Shown: one piece after another, positions 8,010-17,010 of the stretch
Layout of the letters: every line of letters begins with the position of its first letter
Position numbering within the stretch: position 1 is the stretch's first letter
Assembly: GCA_902784685.1 (NCBI GenBank)
Contig: CACZWA010000002.1
Coordinates: 1 to 39,411 of the forward strand
DNA from: an uncultured Ruminococcus sp.
GTDB lineage: Bacteria > Bacillota > Clostridia > RUG12999
Direction of reading: 5' to 3'
DNA: 39,411 nucleotides
Notes under the pieces: generated by a model
The model's database searches: none
Seen by the model: only the letters and a program-made list of their open reading frames with translations
What the model was told of the DNA's origin: nothing
Translations under genes and position numbers: made by a program

Positions 8010-9353
8010 ATGAACAGCGAAAAATATAATGAAATTCTTTCAAAAGCAAAAGAAATATATTCGATAAATTATGATAAATACCCGTTATACAACGTTAAGA
8101 GAGGTTTGCGTAACGATGACGGCACAGGTGTGCTTGCGGGACTTACCTCTATCGGTGAAGTCCGCGGATATATAATTGACGACGGTGAGCGTATGCCGGT
8201 TGAGGGTCATTTAAGCTACCGTGGAGTTGACGTTTATAAAATTGTCGAAGCCTGCGCAAAGGAAAAACGCTTTGGATATGAAGAAGTTGCCTTTTTATTG
8301 CTTTTCGGATTTCTTCCGACAGAAGATATGCTTAACCGTTTCCGTGAAATTCTCGGCACACTGCGCAGTCTTCCCGGGAGCTTTACGGAAGATATGATAA
8401 TGAAAGCGCCGAGCAAAAATGTAATGAATAAGCTTGCAAGCGCCGTGCTTTCCATGTACTCATACGATGAAAACCCCGACTCGACAGATATTGGCAACCT
8501 TATCAGGCAGTCGCTTGAAATAATTGCAAGACTGCCTGCCATAATGTGTTATGCTTATCAGACAAAGCGTCATTATTACGATAACGCAAGCTTTTTCCTT
8601 CATTCTCCGAGAGAAGATTATTCAACGGCGGAAAATATTCTTCATATGCTCCGCCCCGATAATAAGTTTTCGAGGTTTGAGGCAGAAGTGCTCGACCTTA
8701 TGCTTGTTCTCCATGCCGAACACGGCGGAGGTAACAACTCTGCTTTTGTTTGCCGTGCAACCAGCTCGACCGGTACAGATACATATTCGTCGATTGCGGC
8801 GGCAATAGGCTCGCTTAAAGGTCCGAAACACGGCGGAGCAAATGCAAAGGTTACAAGCATGATGAATAATATTGAATGTAACATATCTGACTGGAACGAT
8901 GATGACGAAATAAAAGCATACCTTACAAAAATAATAAAGGGCGAGGCAAATGACGGAAGCGGACTCGTTTACGGTATGGGGCACGCAATATACACACTTT
9001 CCGACCCGAGAGCCGTTATTCTTAAAACAAAGGCGGAGAGTCTTGCCGCCGCAAAGGGATATACAAAGGAATTTAATCTTTATAAAGCGGTTGAAAGGCT
9101 TACGCCCGAAGTGTTCCGTGAGGTGAAGGGAACGACAAAGGCTATTTGCGCAAATGTAGATATGTATTCGGGTCTTGTTTATAAAATGCTTGACATTCCG
9201 CAGGATTTGTTTACTCCACTTTTTGCTGTTGCAAGAAGCGCAGGTTGGTGTGCGCACAGAATTGAGGAAATTAACAACAATAAGATTATTCGTCCGGCAT
9301 ACAAGAATATCTGCCATAATGTGCAGTATGTTCCGATGAGCGAAAGAAAGTAG
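8010..9353 (+). CDS. gltA: citrate (Si)-synthase family protein (citrate/2-methylcitrate synthase)
   Basis: 447 aa with VKRGLRNDDGTGVLAGLT, HAEHGGGNNS, GMGHAIYTLSDPRA and DMYSGLVY, which are characteristic citrate synthase segments. Confidence 0.9.
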   Translation: MNSEKYNEILSKAKEIYSINYDKYPLYNVKRGLRNDDGTGVLAGLTSIGEVRGYIIDDGERMPVEGHLSYRGVDVYKIVEACAKEKRFGYEEVAFLLLFGFLPTEDMLNRFREILGTLRSLPGSFTEDMIMKAPSKNVMNKLASAVLSMYSYDENPDSTDIGNLIRQSLEIIARLPAIMCYAYQTKRHYYDNASFFLHSPREDYSTAENILHMLRPDNKFSRFEAEVLDLMLVLHAEHGGGNNSAFVCRATSSTGTDTYSSIAAAIGSLKGPKHGGANAKVTSMMNNIECNISDWNDDDEIKAYLTKIIKGEANDGSGLVYGMGHAIYTLSDPRAVILKTKAESLAAAKGYTKEFNLYKAVERLTPEVFREVKGTTKAICANVDMYSGLVYKMLDIPQDLFTPLFAVARSAGWCAHRIEEINNNKIIRPAYKNICHNVQYVPMSERK

Positions 9354-9361
9354 GGATTTTT

Positions 9362-9853
9362 TTGAAAAGAATTGCAAAATTTGAAAAAGTGTCCGAGGCG
9401 CAGTTTTTAAAGGATTTTGAAGACGTCTGCGCAAAAGAGGTGTATGATGGAATTAAAATGCCAAAAAGAGCCACAAGCGGCTCGGCGGGATATGATTTTT
9501 ATGCGCCGTTTGACATAAGTCTTAAACCCGGGCAGACCGTGAAAATTCCTACAGGAATAAGAGTGAAAATTGACGATGGCTGGGTGCTGAAAATTTATCC
9601 CAGGAGCGGACTTGGTTTTAAATACAGGCTTCAGCTTAACAATACTGTTGGAATAATAGACAGTGACTATTATAATTCCGACAATGAAGGTCATATTTTT
9701 ATTAAAATTACGAACGACTCAAATGAGGAGAAATTCTTCTCGGTAAAGGCAGGAGAGGGCTTTGCACAGGGGATTTTTGTTGAATACGGTATAACGGTGG
9801 ACGATGAAGCCGACGGAGTTCGTAACGGCGGTTTCGGAAGCACAACGAAATAA
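9362..9853 (+). CDS. dut: dUTP diphosphatase (dUTPase)
   Basis: dUTPase motifs SAGYDFYAP, GIIDSDYY and RNGGFGSTTK. The TTG start at 9362 is uncertain. Confidence 0.8.
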   Translation: MKRIAKFEKVSEAQFLKDFEDVCAKEVYDGIKMPKRATSGSAGYDFYAPFDISLKPGQTVKIPTGIRVKIDDGWVLKIYPRSGLGFKYRLQLNNTVGIIDSDYYNSDNEGHIFIKITNDSNEEKFFSVKAGEGFAQGIFVEYGITVDDEADGVRNGGFGSTTK

Positions 9854-9865
9854 TTAAATATAAAT

Positions 9866-9905
9866 AAAAATCGGTGCGGTCTTGTAAGAAACCGCACCGA
9901 TTTTC
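9866..9905. terminator. bidirectional intrinsic terminator between dut and the EamA gene
   Basis: AAAAA-TCGGTGCGGT-loop-ACCGCACCGA-TTTT, a 10-bp GC-rich stem flanked by an A-run and a T-run. Confidence 0.7.
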
Positions 9906-9918
9906 GTTTATCTGTTTA

Positions 9919-10833
9919 TCAGGCTTCGCCCGAAATGCCTTCGTAAATGCCGAGAAGCACAATTCCGACAACGGTAATTGCTATGGCGAGGTAATGCTTC
10001 CAGGACAGTTTTTCTTTAAGGAAAATTCTGCTCCATACAACCGAAGCAACGCAGTAAGCCGAAATTACGGGCGCCGCGCCTATGGCATATGCCGCAAGTG
10101 CAAAAACATAAGCAAACTGACCGATTGTTTCACATATACCGCCGATAAGCTTCGGGAGGTCACGCTCACGAGTCAGCGGTTCACGCTTTATTATAAGTAC
10201 ATAAATTGCGGAAACTATACCCATTGCAAGAAAGGTAAACTCATAGGCAACATTTGCGCTTTCTTCGTTAAGCGTTTTAAGAAGGATACTGTCGGCAAAA
10301 GTTCCGGCAGCGTCTATAAGACAGTAAATAACGGGAATTAAAACCGCAATAAGACTTTTTGTGTATTTAACCTCCGACTTTGCCTGCCTGAGAGCACGTT
10401 TTTCGTCATCCTCCGTATAAGATACGATTCCGAGTAAAAGCACTCCGAAGCATATTACGGCAACTGCAACGGTTTGGATAGGCTCCATACGCTCATGAAG
10501 AATAAAGAAGCACATAAGAGCCGACATTGCGCCCGAGGAATTGCATATGGGTGATGAAACGGAAAGCTCAATATATCTTAAACCGATATAACCTATCGCC
10601 ATGGAAAGTATATAAAGAAAAGAAGCGGGAAGATATGCTATGATTATATCAAGCGAAATAGGTACGCCTGCAAAAACAACCTCATATGCCGCATGAAGGC
10701 CCATTACAAAGCCAACAGCCATAACCATTTTCCAATGACTTAGCTTATCGTCGGGTTTTGAGCCGACTTTGCTGAAAAAGTCCGAGCCGCTCCAGAAAAG
10801 AAGCGCAATTAGCGCTAACAAAAACCATTTCAT
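9919..10833 (-). CDS. EamA/DMT family transporter
   Basis: 304 aa with about 10 hydrophobic helices and an EamA-like N-terminus (LIALLFWSGSDFFSK). Its ATG overlaps the upstream stop (ATGA). Confidence 0.8.
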   Translation of the reverse strand: MKWFLLALIALLFWSGSDFFSKVGSKPDDKLSHWKMVMAVGFVMGLHAAYEVVFAGVPISLDIIIAYLPASFLYILSMAIGYIGLRYIELSVSSPICNSSGAMSALMCFFILHERMEPIQTVAVAVICFGVLLLGIVSYTEDDEKRALRQAKSEVKYTKSLIAVLIPVIYCLIDAAGTFADSILLKTLNEESANVAYEFTFLAMGIVSAIYVLIIKREPLTRERDLPKLIGGICETIGQFAYVFALAAYAIGAAPVISAYCVASVVWSRIFLKEKLSWKHYLAIAITVVGIVLLGIYEGISGEA

Positions 10834-12131
10834 TTTTTTATACTCCCTTCATCTATCGTAACCAATTTTTGTTCATAAAGCTTTTCAAGGGACATCATTA
10901 TGCCGAGTTTTGCGTGATGCCAGGTAAGACCGCCCTGAAAATATACTGCATAGGGCGGACGGATAGGTCCGTCTGCGCTAAGCTCAATAGATGAGCCTTG
11001 TACAAAAGCGCCTGCCGCCATTATAACCTCGCTGTCGTAGCCGGGCATTGCCCACGGCTCAGGCGTTACATAGCTGTCTACCGGCGCGGCCGCCTGTATT
11101 CCGCCGCAGAAGGCGACCATTCTCTCGGCGCTTCCGAGTTCCACTGCCTGAATTATATCGTGCCTTGATTCAGAGCCGCTTGGTACTACCTTAAAGCCGA
11201 GTTTTTCGTAAATATTTGCGGCAAAAACAGCGCCTTTAAGCGCACCGCTCACAACATCGGGCGCAAGGAACAAACCTTGATAAAACGAGGTTAAAAGACC
11301 GAGATTTGCGCCGACCTCCGCACCGAGACCGGGAGCGGTAAGTCTGTAAGCACAGCGGTCAATAAGGTCTTTTCGTCCGACTATATAGCCGCCGATTGGC
11401 GCAAGGCCGCCGCCGGGGTTTTTTATGAGTGAGCCGACAGTCATATCCGCACCGACATTTGACGGTTCATTAAGCTCGACAAATTCGCCGTAGCAGTTGT
11501 CAACCATACAAATAACATCGGGCTTGATTTCCTTAACAAAGCTGATTAGCTTACCTATTTCGTCAACAGAAAAGGAAGGCCTTGTCTGGTAGCCTTTTGA
11601 ACGCTGAATTGCAACAATTTTTGTTTTGTCGTTTATGGCTTTTTTTATGCCGTCATAGTCAAAAGTGCCGTCATTTTTAAGGTCGACCTGCCTGTATGAT
11701 ACTCCGTATTCTTTAAGTGAGCCGACCGAATCTCTTATGCCGATAACTTCTTCGAGGGTATCGTAAGGACCGCCTGCCGGATAAAGAAGCTCATCTCCCG
11801 GCAAAAGGTTTGCCGAAAGAGCGAGGCTTAAAGCGTGGGTTCCGCAGGTTATCTGCGGACGGACAAGAGCCGCCTCCGTGCCGAAACAATCGGCATAGAC
11901 CTTTTCAAGAGTATCACGGCCGAAATCGTTATATCCATAGCCGGTACTGGGATTAAAATGCGTGGCGTTTACACGGTTTTTCTGCATGGCGGAAATAACC
12001 TTGCACTGGTTGTATTCGGCAACCTCATCTATTCTGTCAAAACGCTCTTTAAGGTCTTTGAGTACCTTTTCGCAGTAGTCGTAAACCGCACTGCTTATAC
12101 CGAGTTTTAAGTACATATCTTTTGTGTTCAT
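10830..12131 (-). CDS. ynbB: YnbB-type PLP-dependent enzyme (aluminium-resistance / Cys-Met-metabolism family)
   Basis: Family-typical FNPSTGYGYNDFGRDTLE, QITCGTHAL, IQRSKGY and SLIKNPGGGLAP (PLP-Lys region). I prefer the ATG at 12131 because GGGAGA lies 7 nt upstream, rather than the listed 12167. Confidence 0.8.
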   Translation of the reverse strand: MNTKDMYLKLGISSAVYDYCEKVLKDLKERFDRIDEVAEYNQCKVISAMQKNRVNATHFNPSTGYGYNDFGRDTLEKVYADCFGTEAALVRPQITCGTHALSLALSANLLPGDELLYPAGGPYDTLEEVIGIRDSVGSLKEYGVSYRQVDLKNDGTFDYDGIKKAINDKTKIVAIQRSKGYQTRPSFSVDEIGKLISFVKEIKPDVICMVDNCYGEFVELNEPSNVGADMTVGSLIKNPGGGLAPIGGYIVGRKDLIDRCAYRLTAPGLGAEVGANLGLLTSFYQGLFLAPDVVSGALKGAVFAANIYEKLGFKVVPSGSESRHDIIQAVELGSAERMVAFCGGIQAAAPVDSYVTPEPWAMPGYDSEVIMAAGAFVQGSSIELSADGPIRPPYAVYFQGGLTWHHAKLGIMMSLEKLYEQKLVTIDEGSIKK

Positions 12132-12147
12132 ATGTATATCTCCCTGC

Positions 12148-12399
12148 TTATTTATTATTTTTGTCAAATTTTTTGAAAATTTTAAAGGCGGCTTCGTTTA
12201 CAGCGTCGGGCTTTGAAATTATAAGCCCTGCATCCTCGTCGCCGAGAATAAGCAGACTGTCTCCGGGCTTTATGCCGAAAAGCTCACGAGCCTCTTTAGG
12301 TATTACAATCTGACCTTTTTCGCCGATTTTTGCCGTGCCGAAAACGTGCTTGCCGCTTTGCTGACCCAAAATATGTTTGCCCGAAGCCAAAAATATCAC
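12148..12399 (-). CDS. AbrB/MazE/SpoVT-family DNA-binding domain protein
   Basis: The SpoVT-AbrB swapped-hairpin signature GTAKIGEKGQIVIPKEARELFGIKPGDSLLIL is present. The protein is about 80 aa and ends 16 nt before ynbB. The start is ambiguous (GTG 12399 or TTG 12390). Confidence 0.75.
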   Translation of the reverse strand: MIFLASGKHILGQQSGKHVFGTAKIGEKGQIVIPKEARELFGIKPGDSLLILGDEDAGLIISKPDAVNEAAFKIFKKFDKNNK

Positions 12400-12411
12400 C
12401 TCTTGGTTTTT

Positions 12412-12453
12412 ATTAGGTTATAATTTCCTACTTGTAGGAAAATTTAACCTAAT
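12412..12453. promoter_or_regulatory. 42-bp near-perfect inverted repeat (18/20 arm match, 2-nt centre) between promoter and RBS of the AbrB-like gene
   Basis: ATTAGGTTATAATTTCCTAC-TT-GTAGGAAAATTTAACCTAAT. It starts immediately downstream of the -10 box on the - strand, so it covers the predicted TSS. Confidence 0.6.
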
Positions 12454-12455
12454 AC

Positions 12456-12484
12456 ATTTTAGCATATGCGCCGGGATTTGTCAA
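12456..12484 (-). promoter_or_regulatory. putative promoter of the abrB-like/ynbB/eamA operon (TTGACA-17 nt-TAAAAT)
   Basis: On the - strand, TTGACA lies at 12479-12484 and TAAAAT at 12456-12461, with a 17-nt spacer. Confidence 0.6.
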
Positions 12485-12538
12485 GCCATTTGAGCAATTT
12501 AATATATATTTCATTACAATAAAAATTTGATGAAAATA

Positions 12539-12568
12539 TTGACAGCAATAAAATAAATATAGTATAAT
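12539..12568 (+). promoter_or_regulatory. putative dusB promoter (TTGACA-18 nt-TATAAT)
   Basis: TTGACA at 12539-12544 and TATAAT at 12563-12568. Confidence 0.5.
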
Positions 12569-12615
12569 ATAAACGCTTTTAAAAAGCTTATATTAAGGAA
12601 AAGATTTGATTAAAT

Positions 12616-13572
12616 ATGAAAATAGGAAATGTTGAAATAAAAAACAATATTTTTGCCGCACCAATGGCAGGGGTGAGCGATATAGCGTACCGAGCCATAT
12701 TAAAGGAAATGGGCGCAGGGCTTGTTTGCACCGAAATGGTAAGCGGCAAGGCGCTGTGGTATAAGGATAAAAAAACAGCGGAGCTTATGGCTCTTTCGGC
12801 ATTTGAACACCCTGTTGCCGTGCAGATTTTCGGCAGTGAGCCGGATATTGTGGCATTCGGCGCAAAGTGCGCCGAGGCGGCAGGCGCGGATATTGTGGAC
12901 ATAAATATGGGTTGTCCCGTGCCGAAGGTTGCGGGGCATGGTGACGGAAGCGCACTTATGAAAAATCCGAAGCTTGCGGGGGAAATTGTAAAAGCCGCAA
13001 AAAAGGCTGTAAATGTACCGATAACAGTAAAATTCCGTAAGGGCTGGGACGACAAAAACATAAACGCTGTAGAATTTGCGCTTGTTTTACAGGAAAACGG
13101 CGCTGACGCCGTGACTGTTCACGGCAGAACAAGAGAGCAGATGTACAGCGGAAAAGCGGACAGAGAGATAATCGCAAGGGTAAAGGAAAAGGTCGATATT
13201 CCGGTTATAGGAAACGGCGATATTTTCTGCGCCGAAGACGCTGCCGAAATGCTTAAAGTGACCGGCTGTGACGGCGTTATGCCTGCAAGAGGGCTTGAGG
13301 GAAATCCGTGGCTTATAAAGCAGATTGAAGAGCTTTTAAGTGAAGGCAAAGTAAGCTGTAAGCCAACTGAAAGCGATAGAAAGATGATGGCGGTGAGACA
13401 TGCCGCAGAGCTTTGCAAAATATACGGCGAGGAAAACGGAATACGCCGAAGCAGGTGTCATTTGCTTTGGTACACAAAGGGCTTTAAAGATGCCGCAAGG
13501 CTTCGCAGCAGACTTGCAAGAGCCGTAACGCTTGACGAAGTAAAAGCCATACTTGAAAAAGGGGAATTTTGA
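12616..13572 (+). CDS. dusB: tRNA-dihydrouridine synthase
   Basis: FAAPMAGVSD, DINMGCP (catalytic Cys region) and VTVHGRTREQ; 318 aa. Confidence 0.9.
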   Translation: MKIGNVEIKNNIFAAPMAGVSDIAYRAILKEMGAGLVCTEMVSGKALWYKDKKTAELMALSAFEHPVAVQIFGSEPDIVAFGAKCAEAAGADIVDINMGCPVPKVAGHGDGSALMKNPKLAGEIVKAAKKAVNVPITVKFRKGWDDKNINAVEFALVLQENGADAVTVHGRTREQMYSGKADREIIARVKEKVDIPVIGNGDIFCAEDAAEMLKVTGCDGVMPARGLEGNPWLIKQIEELLSEGKVSCKPTESDRKMMAVRHAAELCKIYGEENGIRRSRCHLLWYTKGFKDAARLRSRLARAVTLDEVKAILEKGEF

Positions 13573-14585
13573 TGAAAAAAAAGTATATTTATGCCGCTGT
13601 TTTAATTCTTATTATTGTTTTTCCGGCAGTGCGTTTTTTGAGCGGAAACAGCGTAACAGAACGCAGAAGCTTTAAAATGGACACGGATATAACCATAACG
13701 GGCTCGGGGCGGAATATGAATAAGGCGGCAGATGAAATAGAGGCGCTTCTTGATGAAATCGACGTTAATTTAAACTCTTATTCCGCAGAAGGCGAGCTTG
13801 CGGAGCTGAATGAAAAAAAAGAGGGAGTTTTAAGCGGAGGAGCGGCAGAAGCGGTTTATATTGCGGAAGATGTGAGAAAAAACTCGGACGGAGCGTTTAA
13901 TATTGCCGTAAAGCCGCTGATTGATGTTTGGGGCTTTGGCAGAGGCGGAGACGGCAGAGTTCCGTCACAAAACGAAATAGATGAAGCCCTTAAAGTCGTA
14001 GCGGAGACTAAAATAAAAGCTGACGGTGACAAAATATCCGTTTCGGGCAACGGAAAAATTGACCTCGGAGCGGTTGCAAAGGGATATGCTTCCGATAAAA
14101 GCCGTGAGATATTGAAAAAAAATAAAGTAAAATATGCGGTTCTTAATTTTGGAGGAAACATTGTAACATACGGTAAAAAACCTGACGGGGAGGACTTTGT
14201 GATAGGTATAAGCGACGGCGAAGGCGGAGCTTATGCCGCAGTAAGAACGGCAGAAACCTGCATTGTTACATCGGGCGGATATGAAAGATATTTTGAATAT
14301 GAAGGAAAGAAATACCACCACTTGCTTAATCCGCATACGGGCTACCCTGCCGAGAACGGACTTGTGAGCGTAACGGTGATAAGCGAAAACGGAACGCTTG
14401 CAGACGCTCTTTCGACTGCCTGCTATGTTTCGGGGCTTGAAAAAGGTATGGCTTTGGCGGAAAAATACAAGGTTTGTGCGGTTTTTCTCGATGAAGAAAA
14501 AAATGTATATACTGTCGGAAACCCTGATATAAGCCTTGAAAGTGACGAATATATATTGGTTAAAAAAGAGCGAAAAGCCGCTTAA
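13569..14585 (+). CDS. apbE: FAD:protein FMN transferase (ApbE family), membrane-anchored
   Basis: ApbE segments FNIAVKPLIDVWGFG, GAVAKGYA, TSGGYERYF and LADALSTA. An N-terminal hydrophobic anchor is present. The start overlaps the dusB stop. Confidence 0.85.
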   Translation: MMKKKYIYAAVLILIIVFPAVRFLSGNSVTERRSFKMDTDITITGSGRNMNKAADEIEALLDEIDVNLNSYSAEGELAELNEKKEGVLSGGAAEAVYIAEDVRKNSDGAFNIAVKPLIDVWGFGRGGDGRVPSQNEIDEALKVVAETKIKADGDKISVSGNGKIDLGAVAKGYASDKSREILKKNKVKYAVLNFGGNIVTYGKKPDGEDFVIGISDGEGGAYAAVRTAETCIVTSGGYERYFEYEGKKYHHLLNPHTGYPAENGLVSVTVISENGTLADALSTACYVSGLEKGMALAEKYKVCAVFLDEEKNVYTVGNPDISLESDEYILVKKERKAA

Positions 14586-15430
14586 TCGGTTTTTCGCTTA
14601 TTGTTTTTTCTGAAACCCGACGGAGTTGCCGCAGAATATTGTTTGAAGGTGTTTGAAAAATAGTATTCGTTTGCAAAGCCGACATGTGTAGCAATTTCGC
14701 TTATCGGAAGGTCTGTCGAGATAAGCAGATTTTTTGCGGCGGCTATGCGTATTTCGTTAAGCTTTTCAATAACCGTTATGCCTGTTTCTTTTTTGAAATT
14801 CCTTGACAGACTGCGATAGCTCATATTAAGCGATGAGGCAATATCCTGTACGGTTATTACCTTGCTGTAATATTCGTTAAGGTACATTATAACCTGTCCC
14901 GATACGCTGTTTTTGTGAACAGGGAGCAACGTGGACTCGGAGTTCCACATTTCGCAAACGTGCAAAAGCCAGTTTACAAAGGAAAGCTGGGTTTGAAGGT
15001 GAGTTTCTCCCTGCATTAAAAGCTCAATATTTGAGTTAAAGCTATGAAAATGCGGTTGCCTGAAAGTACGGTTGAGCTTTTCAAAGCATACGTCGTTTTT
15101 TGAGGCACGGTCTATTTTCCAGCGTAGGCAAATGCCTGTGTCGTAGCCTTTGCCGTAATGGGTATGACTGTGAGCATAGCCCGGCGGAATAAGAAACGAG
15201 CTTTCGGCTTCCGCACAAAATTCATTGCCCGCAATGGTTGTATATAGACTTCCGTCCGAAATATAGTTAAACTCAAACCATGGGTGATGGTGGGTTTTTG
15301 ACTCCCAAAGGGCATCGTGGTTTACGGTCTTTGCGTCAAGAAGTTCGATTTCGGTATCCTGAAAGATTATAGGAACAGTAATAAGTGATTTTAATTTCTG
15401 CACAATGCCGTTTAATTCTGCTTGTGTCAT
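14582..15430 (-). CDS. AraC family transcriptional regulator (cupin-like N-domain + HTH)
   Basis: The C-terminal AraC double HTH is present (SLNMSYRSLSRNFKKETG, GFANEYYFSNTFKQYSAATPSGFR). I prefer the ATG at 15430, with GGGAGAG 6 nt upstream. Confidence 0.8.
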   Translation of the reverse strand: MTQAELNGIVQKLKSLITVPIIFQDTEIELLDAKTVNHDALWESKTHHHPWFEFNYISDGSLYTTIAGNEFCAEAESSFLIPPGYAHSHTHYGKGYDTGICLRWKIDRASKNDVCFEKLNRTFRQPHFHSFNSNIELLMQGETHLQTQLSFVNWLLHVCEMWNSESTLLPVHKNSVSGQVIMYLNEYYSKVITVQDIASSLNMSYRSLSRNFKKETGITVIEKLNEIRIAAAKNLLISTDLPISEIATHVGFANEYYFSNTFKQYSAATPSGFRKNNKRKTD

Positions 15431-15568
15431 TATATGCTCTCCCATCTTCGGAATATATTTTAATCAGATGATTTTATTTTAACATAATTATCCGAAAAAG
15501 TAAAGCTTTTTTATGCATTGTGTAAGCAAAAGCATACGGTTTACAGTCAAATTACGGCAAAACACACA

Positions 15569-15598
15569 TTGACAAGTATTGACATTTTGTGGTAGAAT
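15569..15598 (+). promoter_or_regulatory. putative aspartate kinase promoter (TTGACA-18 nt-TGgTAGAAT)
   Basis: TTGACA at 15569-15574 (a second TTGACA lies 10 nt later) and an extended -10 at 15590-15598. Confidence 0.55.
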
Positions 15599-15653
15599 AT
15601 AATATATTAAAGGTAGATACAAACTGATTTTCTTTTGAAAGGAACGGATATAT

Positions 15654-16967
15654 ATGGATTCAAAGGTTGTAAAATTCGGCGGAAGCTCACTGGCGGACGC
15701 CGAGCAGTTTAAAAAGGTTGCGGCTATTGTAAAGGCAGACAGCAAGAGAAAGTACGTTGTTGCCTCTGCGCCGGGCAAAAGATTTGACGATGATATAAAA
15801 GTTACCGATTTGCTTTACAAGTGCTTTGAGCTTGCTATTGCAAAGAAAAATATTGACGAAACTTTCAGCAAAATAAAAGACAGGTATAACGGAATAATAT
15901 CCGACCTCGGTCTTGATTTTTCGCTTGAAGATGAGCTTGAAACCATAAAGGCGGGAATAATTCACCGTGCAAGCCGTGATTACGTTGCAAGCAGAGGGGA
16001 ATATCTTAATGCAATGGTGCTTGCGGCTTATCTCGGTTACGATTTTATAGATGCGGAAACCTGTATTTTCTTTGATGATGACGGAAACCTCGATACCGAA
16101 AAAACAAACCGTGTGCTTTCCGAGCTTTTAATGCGCCATTCAAGAGCGGTTATACCCGGTTTTTACGGTTGTATGAGCAACGGCACAATAAAAACGTTTT
16201 CAAGAGGCGGCTCGGATATAACAGGCTCAATCGTTGCAAGAGCAATTGAGGCGGAAATATACGAAAACTGGACGGACGTTTCGGGTATGCTTATGGCGGA
16301 CCCGAGAATTGTCGATAACCCGAAGGTTATTGATGTAATTACTTACGGAGAGCTTCGTGAGCTTTCTTATATGGGAGCAAGCGTAATGCATGAGGACGCT
16401 ATTTTCCCGGTTAAGGTTTCAAATATTCCTATCAACATAAGAAACACAAATTCGCCAGAAGACCCGGGAACAATGATTGTTCCGGAAGCGTCAGGCGGCT
16501 CGCCGTATATTGTTACAGGAGTGGCGGGAAGAAAAGGCTTTTCTATAATCAACATAGAAAAAGATATGATGAATGCGGAAATCGGTTTCGGACGAAGAGT
16601 GCTTGAAGTGCTTGAAAACCATAAGGTTTGCTTTGAACATCTGCCGTCAAGCATTGATACAATGTCGGTTGTTATCAGCACGAGCGAGCTTCGCAGTACA
16701 AAATATGAAATGGTTGCCGAAATTGCAAAAGTCGTTAACGCCGACCGTGTTACGGTTGAGGACGGTATAGCGCTTATTGCCGTTGTGGGAAGAAGCATGG
16801 TAAGCGCAAAGGGTACGGCGGTAAGAATTTTCTCGGCAATTGCAAGAGAAAATATAAATATTAAAATGATTGATCAGGGTTCGAGTGAACGAAACATTAT
16901 AGTCGGAATAGAGGAAAGCGACTATAAAGCGGCTATTCGGGCTATATACAGCGAATTTGTAAAATAA
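15654..16967 (+). CDS. lysC: aspartate kinase
   Basis: VVKFGGSSLAD N-terminus, a kinase core, and C-terminal ACT-like repeats (ALIAVVG, IKMIDQGSSERNI). Confidence 0.9.
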   Translation: MDSKVVKFGGSSLADAEQFKKVAAIVKADSKRKYVVASAPGKRFDDDIKVTDLLYKCFELAIAKKNIDETFSKIKDRYNGIISDLGLDFSLEDELETIKAGIIHRASRDYVASRGEYLNAMVLAAYLGYDFIDAETCIFFDDDGNLDTEKTNRVLSELLMRHSRAVIPGFYGCMSNGTIKTFSRGGSDITGSIVARAIEAEIYENWTDVSGMLMADPRIVDNPKVIDVITYGELRELSYMGASVMHEDAIFPVKVSNIPINIRNTNSPEDPGTMIVPEASGGSPYIVTGVAGRKGFSIINIEKDMMNAEIGFGRRVLEVLENHKVCFEHLPSSIDTMSVVISTSELRSTKYEMVAEIAKVVNADRVTVEDGIALIAVVGRSMVSAKGTAVRIFSAIARENINIKMIDQGSSERNIIVGIEESDYKAAIRAIYSEFVK

Positions 16968-16974
16968 ATTTTAA

Positions 16975-17010
16975 GACCACCGCTTTATAGTCGGTGGTCG
17001 TCTGCTTTTT
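16975..17010 (+). terminator. probable terminator after aspartate kinase
   Basis: GACCACCG-loop-CGGTGGTC followed by GTCTGCTTTTT. It overlaps the 3' end of the convergent gene. Confidence 0.5.

Noticed and set aside
8622-9434. 270-aa ORF on the - strand
   Set aside because: It is entirely antisense to the well-supported citrate synthase and dut genes. The translation is Cys/Arg/Phe-rich low-complexity sequence with no motif, which is typical of a shadow ORF in AT-rich DNA.
15446-15653. Expected lysine riboswitch or T-box leader upstream of aspartate kinase
   Set aside because: The best promoter leaves a leader of only about 50 nt, with no L-box or T-box sequence features.
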